Part shown: piece after piece, positions 25,331 through 37,399 of the stretch
How the letters are laid out: every line of letters starts with the position of its first letter
How positions within the stretch are numbered: position 1 is the stretch's first letter
Assembly (NCBI RefSeq): GCF_902713615.1
Contig: NC_052149.1
Location: 229,798,986 to 229,862,985, forward strand
Direction of reading: 5' to 3'
Source of the DNA: Scyliorhinus canicula
Taxonomy: Eukaryota
DNA length: 64,000 nucleotides
Program-made: the position numbers and the translations under genes
The notes under the pieces: model-generated
The model's database searches: none
What the model was told of the DNA's origin: nothing
The model's input: only the letters and a program-made list of their open reading frames with translations

Positions 25331-25716
25331 AGTGTCTCTAATGATCTACTCTCTTCTTCATACAAACAAAATTCCATTAGCCCAGCACTTACGATGCTTT
25401 AATTGCACATCTGCAGCCAAAGTGTTTGCTGGTTTTGTAAACCACAATTTAAGAAAAACATGGCTGCAGCAGTCACACACACACTAACCCAAATTTTTAA
25501 CCCTTACTGCATACTGTATAATACAATAAATGCGTGAAATCCCGACATCCATCGCTGTCCTGTGAGCCCATGCAATTGCTGGCTCAACGTTCAGTCAGTC
25601 AGTCTTTGCCCAGTTTCCAGACTGGTCTGTCCCGTTGTCAACTTGGCCAAATTTCCAGTTTAACCCGTGCCATCCCCTCTTCCTGCACCCGCTGTTTGTG
25701 TAAAATTTAAGAAATA

Positions 25717-26352
25717 GGGGGCAGGATTATCCGAGTTTGAGGCTATAATCGGAGGAAGTGTCTAGTTTTACAATGAAAAAGTCGGCGTCACCCCCGTACC
25801 GATGCTCTGCCTGGCCGGGGGGGGGGGGGGAGGGGGGCAGCAACATCGCCAGGTAAAACTCCCGGCGTTCCCGACATAAACGGCTGGAGAATTGCCGGGT
25901 CCGTGGCCGCGCATGCGCACAGCGACGACCTGCAGCGGTCGCGCCATCCATCATGGCACTGGCCCAATAGTGTCCCCCTGGGCACCCGCGCACCACCCCC
26001 CCCCCCCCCCCCCCCCCCCCCATACCAGTCCCCCCAGCCATCTCCGAAGCCCCCCTTGTCAACAGCACGGCTTCCCTCCGACTGTGCTGGTGCTGGACAC
26101 AGTCCGCAGCCGCCACGCCGGGTTTACGAAAACTCTGACCACACGCCACCCCGCGCGGTCGTGAATGCCTGCCCATTGGAGGCAGAGCATCGGGGGCCGG
26201 GCCTCAAAGCGACGGAGTGGCACCGCCGCAATGGCGATTTGGAGGGGGCTGAGCAGCCAAAAAACGGTGCCAGTCCCGATTCGGTTGCAAACAGGGATTC
26301 TCCGTCCGATCGCCGGATATGATTTTGGCGTCTGGCAATGGAGAACACGCCT
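25717..26352. mobile_element. GC-rich MITE, Harbinger-like (degenerate TIRs)
   Basis: gggcaggattatcc...ggagaacacgcc ends, CpG-rich interior like the other MITEs. Confidence 0.55.
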
Positions 26353-26483
26353 GGGGTTTTTCCATTATCAACCTACTCCACTTCTGTTCCATTACAAACT
26401 GTAAGGCTTGAGGTGAATGAAATTGAATTCATGATCGATAAGTGGAATTGAGAAGATGACTTTTAACCGTCCCATCTCTTCCT

Positions 26484-26660
26484 GTAGGGAGAGAAAAGAG
26501 CTAACGTTTCAAATCTGCTGACTCTTTGTCAAAGCCCAAAGTCATCGGACTCGAAACGTTAGCTCTTTCCTCTCCCTACAGATGCTGCCAGACTTGCTGA
26601 GATTTTCCAGCATTTTCTCTTTGGTTTCAGATTCCAGCATCCGCAGTAATTTGCTTTTCT
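26484..26660. mobile_element. Penelope-like fold-back terminal fragment
   Basis: Inverted arms tgtagggagagaaaagagctaacgtttc / gaaacgttagctctttcctctccctaca. Hammerhead-like gagtc..gactc-GAAAC. Confidence 0.6.
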
Positions 26661-27414
26661 CCATCTCCATCTCCTGTGTTTTTAAAAAATAAAATTAGAG
26701 TAGCCAATTCTTTTTTTTTCCCCCAATGAAGGGGCAATTTAGCGTGGCCAATCCACCTACCCTGCACATCTTTTTGGATTGTGTGGGTGAGACCCACGCA
26801 GACACGGGGAGAATGTGCAAACTCCACACGGATAGTGACTCGGGGCCGGGAGGCAGCAGTGCTAACCACGGTGCCACCGTGCCGCCCCTCTATCTCTTTC
26901 TGTTTTGGGTCCTCCTGCCTTTTCACTGTCCTGGTCCACTTGCTCCCCACTCCCTCTCTCACACATTTCCCACTCTCAACCATTTCAGCCCATTGTACCC
27001 TCTTCGGTAATGATCATGGTCCCACTTCCTTTCATTGGCCTCCTGCAACTCACATCTTTATTGACTCTCTAACTTCCGCATGGATCATTGATGCACAGCA
27101 CCCAGACAAGCTTACTCAATATGTTGATGAGTAAATTGAATCTGGTATTTTACCATTGTATGACTAATGGAATCCAATTAGTGACTGAGTGCATGAATTC
27201 CACCAACCTCTGGCATTGTCTCAATTATTTCCTGTTTGATAGTATGTTATATATGAGGCTCCTGAGACTGGTGGTATTTGTACTGGTCTCGAGGAATGTA
27301 TTAATATCGGTGAAGGTAGTGACAGACGTGCAGAAACACTGCACTGCCAGTTTATTGGAAGGTGGAAGTGTTTGGAGCAACTAGGATAGAAGTGGCCACC
27401 TGCCGGAATTGGGC

Positions 27415-28303
27415 TGGAGATTCCCACCTGGGACAGCTGGGTGGAGATTCCCACCTGGGACAGCTGGGTGGAGATTCCCACCTGGGACAGCTGGGTGGAG
27501 ATTCCCACCTGGGACAGCTGGGTGGAGATTCCCACCTGGGACAGCTGGGTGGAGATTCCCACCTGGGACAGCTGGGTGGAGATTCCCACCTGGGACAGCT
27601 GGGTGGAGATTCCCACCTGGGACAGCTGGGTGGAGATTCCCACCTGGGACAGCTGGGTGGAGATTCCCACCTGGGACAGCTGGGTGGAGATTCCCACCTG
27701 GGACAGCTGGGTGGAGATTCCCACCTGGGACAGCTGGGTGGAGATTCCCACCTGGGACAGCTGGGTGGAGATTCCCACCTGGGACAGCTGGGTGGAGATT
27801 CCCACTTGGGACAGCTGGGTGGAGATTCCCACCTGGGACAGTTGGGTGGAGATTCCCACCTGGGACAGCTGGGTGGAGATTCCCACCTGGGACAGCTGGG
27901 TGGAGATTCCCACCTGGGACAGCTGGGTGGAGATTCCCACCTGGGACAGCTGGGTGGAGATTCCCACCTGGGACAGTTGGGTGGAGATTCCCACCTGGGA
28001 CAGTTGGGTGGAGATTCCCACTTGGGACAGTTGGGTGGAGATTCCCACCTGGGACAGCTGGGTGGAGATTCCCACCTGGGACAGTTGGGTGGAGATTCCC
28101 ACCTGGGACAGCTGGGTGGAGATTCCCACCTGGGACAGCTTGGTGGAGATTCCCACCTGGGACAGCTGGGTGGAGATTCCCACTTGGGACAGCTGGGTGG
28201 AGATTCCCACTTGGGACAGCTGGGTGGAGATTCCCACCTGGGACAGTTGGGTGGAGATTCCCACCTGGGACAGCTGGGTGGAGATGCTCCCCTGGGACAG
28301 TTC
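27415..28303. repeat. 27-bp minisatellite (ggtggagattcccacctgggacagctg), about 33 copies
   Basis: Near-perfect tandem array with stop-free frames on both strands. Confidence 0.98.
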
Positions 28304-28342
28304 GGATGGAATTATTTAAACAGTTGCTTGACAGAACTTGAA

Positions 28343-28878
28343 CATTGCTGAAAAGAGAGCGGTGTTGCTGAAGCTTTTCACCTGGCACACATCAGGACAT
28401 ACACAACAATTCCAAATTTCAAGCAATCGCAATAACATATCGTACAGGAGAGAAGGATGCTGATTGGTTGGCAAGTTGACTCTGATTGGCCAAAGCATCG
28501 CCACAGAGAACGGATAGGCTCCCCGAACACCCGGGTATTTCATAAAAGGTGCAAGGCTTGAAAATAGTTCTTTTGTTTGCAGTGAATGGGTTCCTGTGTA
28601 TAGATATGAGTTGCTTCCAGCAAGCATTATATTAGGCACGTTCCGAATTTGAGTGATTATCTTAAATTAGTTTTTAATTTAATGATTCCAGCCTATAGTT
28701 CCCCGTTACTGCTTCACAGCAATGCCTCAATCAATCAGAGTTGAACTGCCAACCAATCAGTACCCTTTTCTCCTGTGGTATAAATTGTTGTGATAGTTTG
28801 AAATTTGGCATTCTTGAATTTCTCCTGATGGGTGCAAGGTGAAAAGCTTCAGCAAACTTGTCTCTCTTTTCTGCAATG
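28343..28878. mobile_element. Inverted-repeat element, Penelope-like
   Basis: About 160-bp diverged inverted arms (28343-28500 / 28720-28878), each with cctgatg-N9/10-gaaaagcttcagcaa. Confidence 0.6.
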
Positions 28879-28999
28879 TGGAGATAGCTAAAAAAGCAGA
28901 AGTTGGTGTCAGTTGTGGGTGCAGTGCAATGCTCGTGGTTACTGGTTTCCTTGTCCCAGTTCCAACTCAATTCCAACTAAAATGTTCTCTTATAAAACA

Positions 29000-30880
29000 A
29001 AGAAAAGTACAGCACAGGAACAGGCCCTTCAGCCCTCTAAGCCTGTGCCAATCATGATGCCCTAACTAACAAATACCTTCTGCCCTTACTCGGTCAGTAT
29101 CCCTCTATTTCCTTCCTACTCATCTATCCATCCAGATGCCTCTGAAATGTTGCTCATGTGCTGCTTCCACCATATACTCTGGCAACATGTTTCAGGCACC
29201 CACCACTCTGCATGAAAAACATGCCCCCCCATATTCTCCCTTAACTTTCCCCCTCTTACCTTGAACCTGAGCCCCCTTATAATTGACACTTCCATTCTGT
29301 CTGTGCCTCTCATAATTTTGTAGACCTCTATCAGGTCTCCCCTCAGCCTCCATTTTTCCAGTGAGAACAATCCTAGTTTATTCAACCTCTCCCCGTAGCC
29401 AACACCCTCGAGACGAGGCAACACCCTGGTGAATCTGCTTTCCACGCTCTCCAAAGCTTCCACGTCCTTCTGATAATGTGGTGACTGGGCACAATACTCC
29501 AAATGCAGCCTAACCAAGGTTTTATACAGCTGCCACATGATTTCCCAACTCCTGTACTCAATGCCCTGGCTGATGAAGGCAAGCATGATCTCTGCCTTCT
29601 TAATCACCTTGGCCACCTGTATTGCCACTTTTAGGGAACTGTGGACCTGCACGCCCAGATCCCTCTGTATGTTAATGTTCCCAAGGGTTCTGCCATTTAC
29701 AGTATAATTCATACCTAGATTTGATCCTCAAAATGCATCACCTTGCATTTATCCAGGATAAACTCCATCTGCTATTTCTGTGCCCAAGTCTCCAATCTAT
29801 CTATATCCTGCTGTATCCTCTGACAATCCTCATCACTATCAGCAACTCCGCCAATCTTTGTGTCATCGGCAAACTTACTAATCTGACCACCCACATTTTC
29901 CTCCAGATCATTTATACATACTGCAAACAACAGAGATCCCAGCACTGATCCCTGCGGAACACCACTAGCTACAGATCTCCATTCTGAAAAACACCCTTCT
30001 CCCACTACTCTGTCTTCTATAACCAAGCCAGTTCTGTATCCATCTAGCCAGCCCACCCCGAATCCCGTGCGATTTGAAAATGAAAAATGAAATGATAATC
30101 ACTTATTGTCACAAGTAGGCTTCAAATGAAGTGACTGTGAAAAGCCCCTAGTTGCCACATTCCGGCGCCTGTTCAGAAAGGCCGGTACAGGAATTGAACC
30201 CGCGCTGCTGGCCTGCTTTGGTCTGCTTTTAAACCCAGCTATTTAGCCCTGTGTTAAATCAGCCTCTGATTTTAGTTTTTAGTACAAGTCTGCCATGTGG
30301 GACCCTGTCAAACACCTTACTAAAGTCCATATAAATCACATCCACAGCCCTCATCAATTTTCTTTGTCACTTCAAAAAACTCAATCAAGTTGGTGAGACG
30401 TGACCTTCCCCGGACAAAACCAAGCTGCCCGTCACTAACTAGTCCATTTACATCCAAATATGCAAGTATCCTGCCCCTCCTCAGTATCTTTTCCAAAAGC
30501 TTCCCCACCACGAATCTCAGGCTCACCGGCCTATAGTTTGCTGGATTATTCCTGCTTCCTTTCTTAAACAAGGGAACAACATTGGCTATTCTCCAGCCCT
30601 CTGGAACCTTGCCTGTGGTCAAAGAGGATGTGAAGATATCTGTTAAGGCCCCAGATCTTTGTCTCCTTGCTTCCCGCAGTAACCTGGGATAGATCCCATC
30701 CGGCCCTGGGGACTTGTCTACCTTAATACAATTACGGATACTCAAGACTTCCTCCTTTGATACATTGAAGTTTTCAAGAGAGTTCACACCCTGACCTCGA
30801 CATCTATCATGTCCTTCTCCCTGGTGAATACCAAAACTAAGTACTCATTAAGGATTTCACCCACTTCCTGTGGTTCCAGC
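29000..30880 (-). mobile_element. CR1 LINE ORF2 3' half with nested family-2 SINE
   Basis: KSPGPDGIYPRLL, NYRPVSL, SGVPQGSVLG, KFADDTK, LFSLEKWRLRGDLIEVYKI, 3' tail near 29005. Confidence 0.9.
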
Positions 30881-31778
30881 CATAACCTCCCTCCATTCAC
30901 AGCGCCAGGGATACGGGTTTGATTCCCAGCTTGTCTGTGTGGAGTCTGCACATTCTCTTTCTCTTGCTCCTAATATATGCATAAAAAGCCTTGGCATTCT
31001 CCTTGTTGTCATTTTCAGTGGGCGGATTATTACTGTCCCTTCAGTTCAAATAGGAAGGGTAATGCTGGAATACTTGATACTCGTACTCATTCACACTCAC
31101 TCACTCTTCACTCACGCACTCAACACTCACTGACTCACAAACTCTCTCCCTCTCTTCACTCCTCTCTCACTTCTTTCTCATTCCTCACTCAGTCTCTCAT
31201 TCTTCACTCACTCACTCACGCCCTCACATCTGTGTCTCTCTGGCTCTCAAACACACACAAGGGAGGCGGTGGCGGAGGTTCATACTCCGAGGGCCTGGGT
31301 TCGAATCCCGCCAGATGGTGACATTGGAATTCAATAAATATCTGGGGTTAAAAATCTAAACGTAACCAGGAAACCATTGTCGATTGTCATCAAAACCAAA
31401 ATCTGTCATCCTTACCCGGTCTGGCCTACACGTGACTCCTGACCCACAGCAGCAATGTGGTTGACTCTTAAACACCCTCAGGGATGGGCAATAAACGCCA
31501 GCGATGCCCACATCTCATGAACTAATAAAAATAAACTCACTCACCCGTACTTCTTTCTCCCTCACATGGGTTCGTGAAATTTTGAATTTAACAAAAAAAA
31601 ACTGCAACTAAAAACCCATCTGGTTCACTAATTAGAGAAAGAAATCAACCTGGAGAAGCCAACCTCTGATTGGATAATCTGGAAGCAGCACGAAACTCAA
31701 ATTGTATCGACCTGCGCTCGGAGTTTGGGAACTGCTCCCGTTCTTTCCTCGGCTGCACTCGGCTGTGTGACTGTTCCT

Positions 31779-32193
31779 TGTGGTGATATGCATCACTGTA
31801 AATACACAAGGGGTTAATGTAAATACACGTAGACTAGCTAGACACTAGAGGGAGCACCAGAGACATGACACACAGACACTCAACCAATAGGTCAGTAAGA
31901 TAGGACACGACCAATGGGCATTCACGATACACACAGAGGTGACACGACCACAGGGGGACATTACACCAACCCATATATAAAGGACACAACACACATGATC
32001 TTCCTCTTTCCAGTGGAGACACTCAGTGAATACAGACACAGGTTTGATTCAATATCACACCCACCACGTGGATTGTAGCAGACTGGTTCGTCAGTCTGAG
32101 TAGCTATAGAAGGATCAACAGTAGAGGTGAACCAAAGTAAGAGAATTGTAAATAGTTTAATAAATATGTTGAAGTTATCGCCACGTCTGAACC
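31779..32193 (+). mobile_element. Solo LTR, 3'-truncated, same family as 42997-43475
   Basis: High identity to the 42997 copy, starting TGTGGTGATATGC. Confidence 0.8.
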
Positions 32194-32631
32194 GTCTGAA
32201 ATCTAGGCCGATAATCCTGTGCAGCACTGAAGGAACCCAGCGCTGTCAGAGGCACCGCCTCCGTGTGAGATGTTAAACCGTCATCCGTCAATCAACACCT
32301 AAAATCAGATTGTCTGGCTCTTCTCATTGCTGTCAGTGGGAGCTTGCTGTGAGCAAATTGGCCTGTGTTATAACATTGAACTAGATTTGAATAATACATT
32401 GTTGTTGCAAAGGCTTTGGAGTGACCTATGGATGTGAAATGTTTGGTAGAATTGCAAGTTCTTTCGCCTGTGTTGCTCCATTACTCAACTCCGCCTTGGG
32501 ACAAGGTGTCAAATCTAAAGGAAATAATTGAACTCGATACATGTCTTGAGAATAATAGGGCTGGTTATTTAAATCTAAGTATTTTCATTCCTCTGGGATG
32601 AGCTAATGGCCTCTCCTTCTCTCCATTGCAG

Positions 32632-32731
32632 CTTATTTTTCACTTCAAGTGATCTACGCACGAAGAAGATTCCACATTTCGCCCCCTGCAGTCAGCGGCA
32701 ATGAGGACTTTGAGAGAGTGTACAGAGCACA
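32632..32731 (+). CDS. LTC4S: LTC4S coding exon 2 ([34 protein letters not shown])
   Basis: Polypyrimidine tract plus ttgcag| acceptor, 100 nt, CA|gtaagg donor. Contains the MAPEG signature FERVYRAQ. Confidence 0.95.
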
Positions 32732-33346
32732 GTAAGGGAACCACATCTCAGTCACCATTCAGACCTATTAGCAACAATGCAGCACAGCAAAATGCAAACT
32801 CAAAGCTGGGGTTCAGGAGGAGGAAAGGCAAACAAAGCCATGATCCCAATTCCATTGTTGGTCAATATGTTCCTCACTCTAGCCTGTTTATGGAATCACA
32901 CCTTAAGGGGAGGAATTTCTACCTGACTTCCCCAACTTCGAGTAACAGGATTGGGTTAGAACATACAGTACAGAGGCCATTCGGCCCATCATGTCTGCCC
33001 TGACCCACTTAAGCTCTCACTTCCACCCTATTCCCAGAACCCAATAACCCCTCCTAACCTTTTTGGTCACTAAGGACAATTTTTCATGGCCAATCCACCT
33101 AACCTGTACATCTTTGGACTGTGGGAGGAAACCGGAGCACCCGGAGGAAACCCACGCACACACGGGGAGGACGTGCAGACTCCGCACAGACAGCGACCCA
33201 AGCCGGGAATCGAACCTGGGACTCTGGAGCTGTGAAGCCACAGTGCTATTCACTTGTGCTAACTGTGCTGCCCCAGTGGGTTGACCACCCATTTTGCACA
33301 CTTCCCACTTTACACCACCACCCATTATATACCATGTCTGGGATAT

Positions 33347-34842
33347 TGCGTTCAGTCCTGGGCGCTGGGTTCAGTCGTGCGTGCTGCGTTCAGTCCTGGG
33401 TGCTGCGTTCAGTCCTGGGTGTTGCGTTCAGTCCTGGGTTCTGCGTTCAGTCGTGCGCGCTGCATTAGGCCTGGATGCTGCGTTCGGTCTTGGGTGCTGC
33501 GTTCAGTCATGCGCGCTGCTTTCAGTCGTGTGCGCTGTGTTCAGTCGTGTGCGCTGTGTTCAGTCGTGTGCGCTGTGTTCAGTCGCGTGCGCTGTGTTCA
33601 GTCGCGTGCGCTGTGTTCAGTCGCGTGCGCTGTGTTCAGTCGTGTGCGCTGTGTTCAGTCGTGTGCGCTGTGTTCAGTCGTGTGCGCTGTGTTCACTCCT
33701 GGGTACAGCGTTCAGTCCTGGGCGCTGGGTTCAGTCCTGGGCGCTGTGTTCAGTCGTGTGCGCTGTGTTCAGTCCTGGGCGCTGCGTTCAGTCCTGGGCG
33801 CTGCGTTCAGCCCTGGGCGCTGCGTTCAGCCCTGGGCGCTGTGTTCAGTCGCGTGCGCTGTGTTCAGTCCTGGGCGCTGTGTTCAGTCGTGTGCGCTGTG
33901 TTCACTCCTGGGTACAGCGTTCAGTCCTGGGCGCTGTGTTCAGTCCTGGGCGCTGTGTTCACTCCTGGGTACAGCGTTCAGTCCTGGGCGCTGTGTTCAG
34001 TCCTGTGCGCTGTGTTCAGTCCTGGGCGCTGGGTTCAGTCCTGTGCGCTGTGTTCAGTCCTGGGCGCTGCGTTCAGTCCTGGGCGCTGTGTTCAGTCCTG
34101 GGCGCTGCGTTCAGTCCTGGGCACTGGGTTCAGTCCTGGGCGCTGGGTTCAGTCCTGGGCACTGGGTTCAGTCCTGGGCGCTGGGTTCAGTCCTGGGTGC
34201 TGGGTTCAGTCCTGGGCACTGGGTTCAGTCCTGGGTGCTGGGTTCAGTCCTGGGCACTGGGTTCAGTCCTGGGTACAGCGTTCAGTCCTGGGCGCTGCGT
34301 TCAGTCCTGGGCACTGGGTTCAGTCCTGGGTACAGCGTTCAGTCCTGGGCGCTGTGTTCAGTCCTGGGCACTGGGTTCAGTCCTGGGTACAGCGTTCAGT
34401 CCTGGGCGCTGAGTTCAGTCCTGGGCGCTGTGTTCAGTCCTGGGCGCTGCGTTCAGTCCTGGGCGCTGCGTTCAGTCCTGGGCGCTGCGTTCAGTCCTGG
34501 GTGCTGGGTTCAGTCCTGGGCGCTGGGTTCAGTCCTGGGCGCTGGGTTCAGTCCTGGGCGCTGGGTTCAGTCCTGGGCGCTGGGTTCAGTCCTGGGCGCT
34601 GGGTTCAGTCCTGGGCGCTGGGTTCAGTCCTGGGCGCTGTGTTCAGTCCTGGGCGCTGTGTTCAGTCCTGGGCGCTGGGTTCAGTCCTGGGCGCTGGGTT
34701 CAGTCCTGGGTGCTGTGTTCAGTCCTGGGTGCTGCGTTCAGTCCTGGGCGCTGGGTTCAGTCCTGGGCGCTGGGTTCAGTCCTGGGCGCTGGGTTCAGTC
34801 CTGGGCGCTGCGTTCAGTCCTGGGCGCTGAGTTCAGTCCTGC
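33347..34842. repeat. 19-bp minisatellite (gttcagtcctgggcgctg[c/g/t]), about 79 copies, CR1-derived
   Basis: Tandem array with variant blocks. The right flank continues as decayed CR1 sequence. Confidence 0.95.
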
Positions 34843-35573
34843 GTACTGCACTTCAGGAAGGTATTTTGAACTTGGAGGCGGTGTTGTACAGATTCACTAA
34901 AACCAAAAAGAATAAATTGTGAGAATAGGTCACACACACTAAGTTGATATTTCGTCGAGTACAAAGGGTGGGCGACCTAATTGAGATTCAAGGATTTTCC
35001 AACCCCCCCCCCCCCCCCCCTCCCCCATGGCAGGTATTCCCACAGTGGGGGTGGCTCGCTGTTAGCTCTGGGCGGGATCTTACTGTCCCACCAAAGTCTA
35101 CAGCATTTTGCCTGGCTCGCCTGTCCCACAGCTGGGGAACCCGCGGTGGGGGTAAATTTCGACGGGTCTGAAAGATCCTGTCAGCGGGAAAGGGTTATAC
35201 AATCCCGCTCGAAGATTAATAGTTTTAACACAACACAACATTTTTAAAATTTGTCTGTCCATCTTGTTCCTCCTCTCTCTCTCCCCCCTTCGCTCTCTCA
35301 TAACCCTCCCTCTCTCGCATTGTCTCATCCTCGCTCTCGTTATCTCTCTCGTTCCCTCCATCTCTCTCTCATTCTTGTTCTCTCTCTCTCTCTCTCTCAC
35401 ACAACCAAATAATTCCACTCACACTTGTTACCTCCACTCACACATTCACAGCTCAGTTGAAGGAGATTATGAAACAAAAGTGTTAGAAATAACTGTACTG
35501 CCACAGAACAGCTGAATCTCTAACTTTCCTTGCAAATCAGATAAATATGTTTTACTTCTCATTTCTCTGGCAG

Positions 35574-35644
35574 ACTGAATTCCTCGGAGTATTATCCGTT
35601 GTTCCTGAGTGTCTTTTGGATTGCTGGCGTGTTCTTCAGTCAGG
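35574..35644 (+). CDS. LTC4S: LTC4S coding exon 3 (LNSSEYYPLFLSVFWIAGVFFSQ)
   Basis: ctggcag| acceptor, 71 nt, CAGG|gtaaga donor. Contains N55, E58 and Y59 of the glutathione-binding site. Confidence 0.95.
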
Positions 35645-36097
35645 GTAAGAGAAACAGATGTATTCCTGTCCGGTTTAATTCTCTTCTCTAAGCTCTCTTC
35701 ATTAAACTCCCAGCCTCTACGTCTGGCCTACTCAATATAAAGTGGACAATGTAAAGTAGAAAGGGCGGCACGGTAGCACAGTGGTTAGCACTGTTGCTTC
35801 ACAGCACCAGAGGTCCTGGGTTCGATTCCCGGCTTGGGTCACTGTCTGTGCGGAGTCTGCACATCCTCCCCGTGTCTGCGTGGGTTTCCTCCGGGTGCTC
35901 CGGTTTCCTCCCACAATCCAAAGATGTGCAGGTTAGGTGGGTTGGCCATGATAAATTGCCCTTGGTGTTCAAAAATGTTGGGTGGGGTTCTGAATGGAGA
36001 CCCATTGGGAGAGCCCCGATGCCAGCGATCCTTGGAGGTTGGTGCCAACGAAAATGGTGATGGGAGGGAGTCATTGAAGCCTCGATGCTGGCAATGA

Positions 36098-36460
36098 TGG
36101 GGGAGGGGCGGGGGGGGGCGAGGTTGGGAGGGGAGGGGAGGGGGGGCAGGGTTGGGAGGGGAGGGGGGGCGGGGTTGGGAGGGGAGGGGGGGCGGGGTTG
36201 GGAGGGGAGGGGGTGCGGGGTTGGGAGGGGAGGGGGGGCGGGGTTGGGAGGGGAGGGGGGGCGGGGTTGGGAGGGGAGGGGGGGCAGGGTTGGGAGGGGA
36301 GGGGGGCGGGGGAGGGGAGGGGAGGGAGGGCGGGGTTGGGAGGGGAGGGGGGGCGGGGAGGGGAGGGGAGGGAGGGCGGGGTTGGGAGGGGAGGGGGGGC
36401 AGGGTTGGGAGGGGAGGGGGGGCAGGGTTGGGAGGGGAGGGGGGGCAGGGTTGGGAGGGT
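36098..36460. repeat. G-rich repeat, unit about 23 bp (ggggttgggaggggagggggggc)
   Basis: Continuous G3+ runs in LTC4S intron 3. Confidence 0.92.
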
Positions 36461-36763
36461 GCCTTTATTGCCACTTTGAGATCAGGGCACTCTTTATAAA
36501 GTGCGCCCTGGTCTCTGTGAAGCCGGGCTTGCCGGCTTGTTTAAGGCCTTGTCCCTCTCAGCTCTCGTTCAAAACCCTCCCCTTTCCCCTCAAAAACATT
36601 TGATAAGTGTGGGTGGAGTGGGATTGCGTCGGCCCATCCGGAATGGACCCCCCCCCCCCCATGGTCTAGGGTCTAGGTTGTGACACATTGAAATCCGGTC
36701 CATGCGGTGATGTTTATTTGGGGTCCATGCGGACACTAACTGGTTTGTGTTCCTTCCATACAG

Positions 36764-36845
36764 CTCTGGCAGTGTGCATTGGAGTTCTCTATCTGTACAG
36801 CAGGTACAAATACTTCATCGGTTACTCGGAATCAGCACTAAAAAG
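36764..36845 (+). CDS. LTC4S: LTC4S coding exon 4 (ALAVCIGVLYLYSRYKYFIGYSESALK)
   Basis: ccatacag| acceptor, 82 nt, AAAG|gtgaga donor. Contains Y93 and Y97. Confidence 0.95.
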
Positions 36846-37217
36846 GTGAGACTGAGATCTTCTCACTAAAGCAGCAACTTCTGTTACATCAGGGTTTCTA
36901 ACTGGAATGGTCCAATATATCCTCTATCTTATGGTCTTATGGTATTGTGCTAGAATTTTATAAATCCTTCGTTAGATGTCAATTGGAGTGAAGTGGATGA
37001 TTTTAGACACTACACTTCAGGAATGATGTCAAGATGTTGGCAAGAGTACAGAAGATATTACGAGGAGAGGTTGTAAAAGTTCAGATCAATTGGAACAAAA
37101 ATGGTTACGGGGTGGCCCAACAGAGAATTAGAAGATTATTAGAAAGCTTTTTACAGAGAACAACTATTCTCTCCAGCGAGCGGGTCAGTGAACACAGGTC
37201 AAAGGTTTAAAATCATT

Positions 37218-37399
37218 GGCGGGAATTCTCTGGTCATCGGGATTCGCTTTTCCCATCGGAGCGCACCACCCAGCCGGTGGGTTTCCCGGCCACGTGACGT
37301 GTTTCAATGGAAAATCAACGGGAGGATAGAATCCCTCTGCAGCCGAACGTGGCAGGGCTGAGGTACACACGGCTTGGGGGGGACCGGAGAATCCCGCCC
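37218..37399. mobile_element. Small Harbinger-like MITE inside a CR1 3' remnant
   Basis: att|ggcgggaattctc...gagaatcccgccc|att. Confidence 0.75.

Noticed and set aside
27221-28388. Five overlapping repeat ORFs; superficially CRISPR-like regularity
   Set aside because: 27-bp tandem unit with no unique spacers, in a eukaryotic context.
33281-36603. Cys/Val-rich, RGG-rich and Pro-rich ORFs
   Set aside because: Products of the 19-bp and G-rich repeats within introns 2 and 3.
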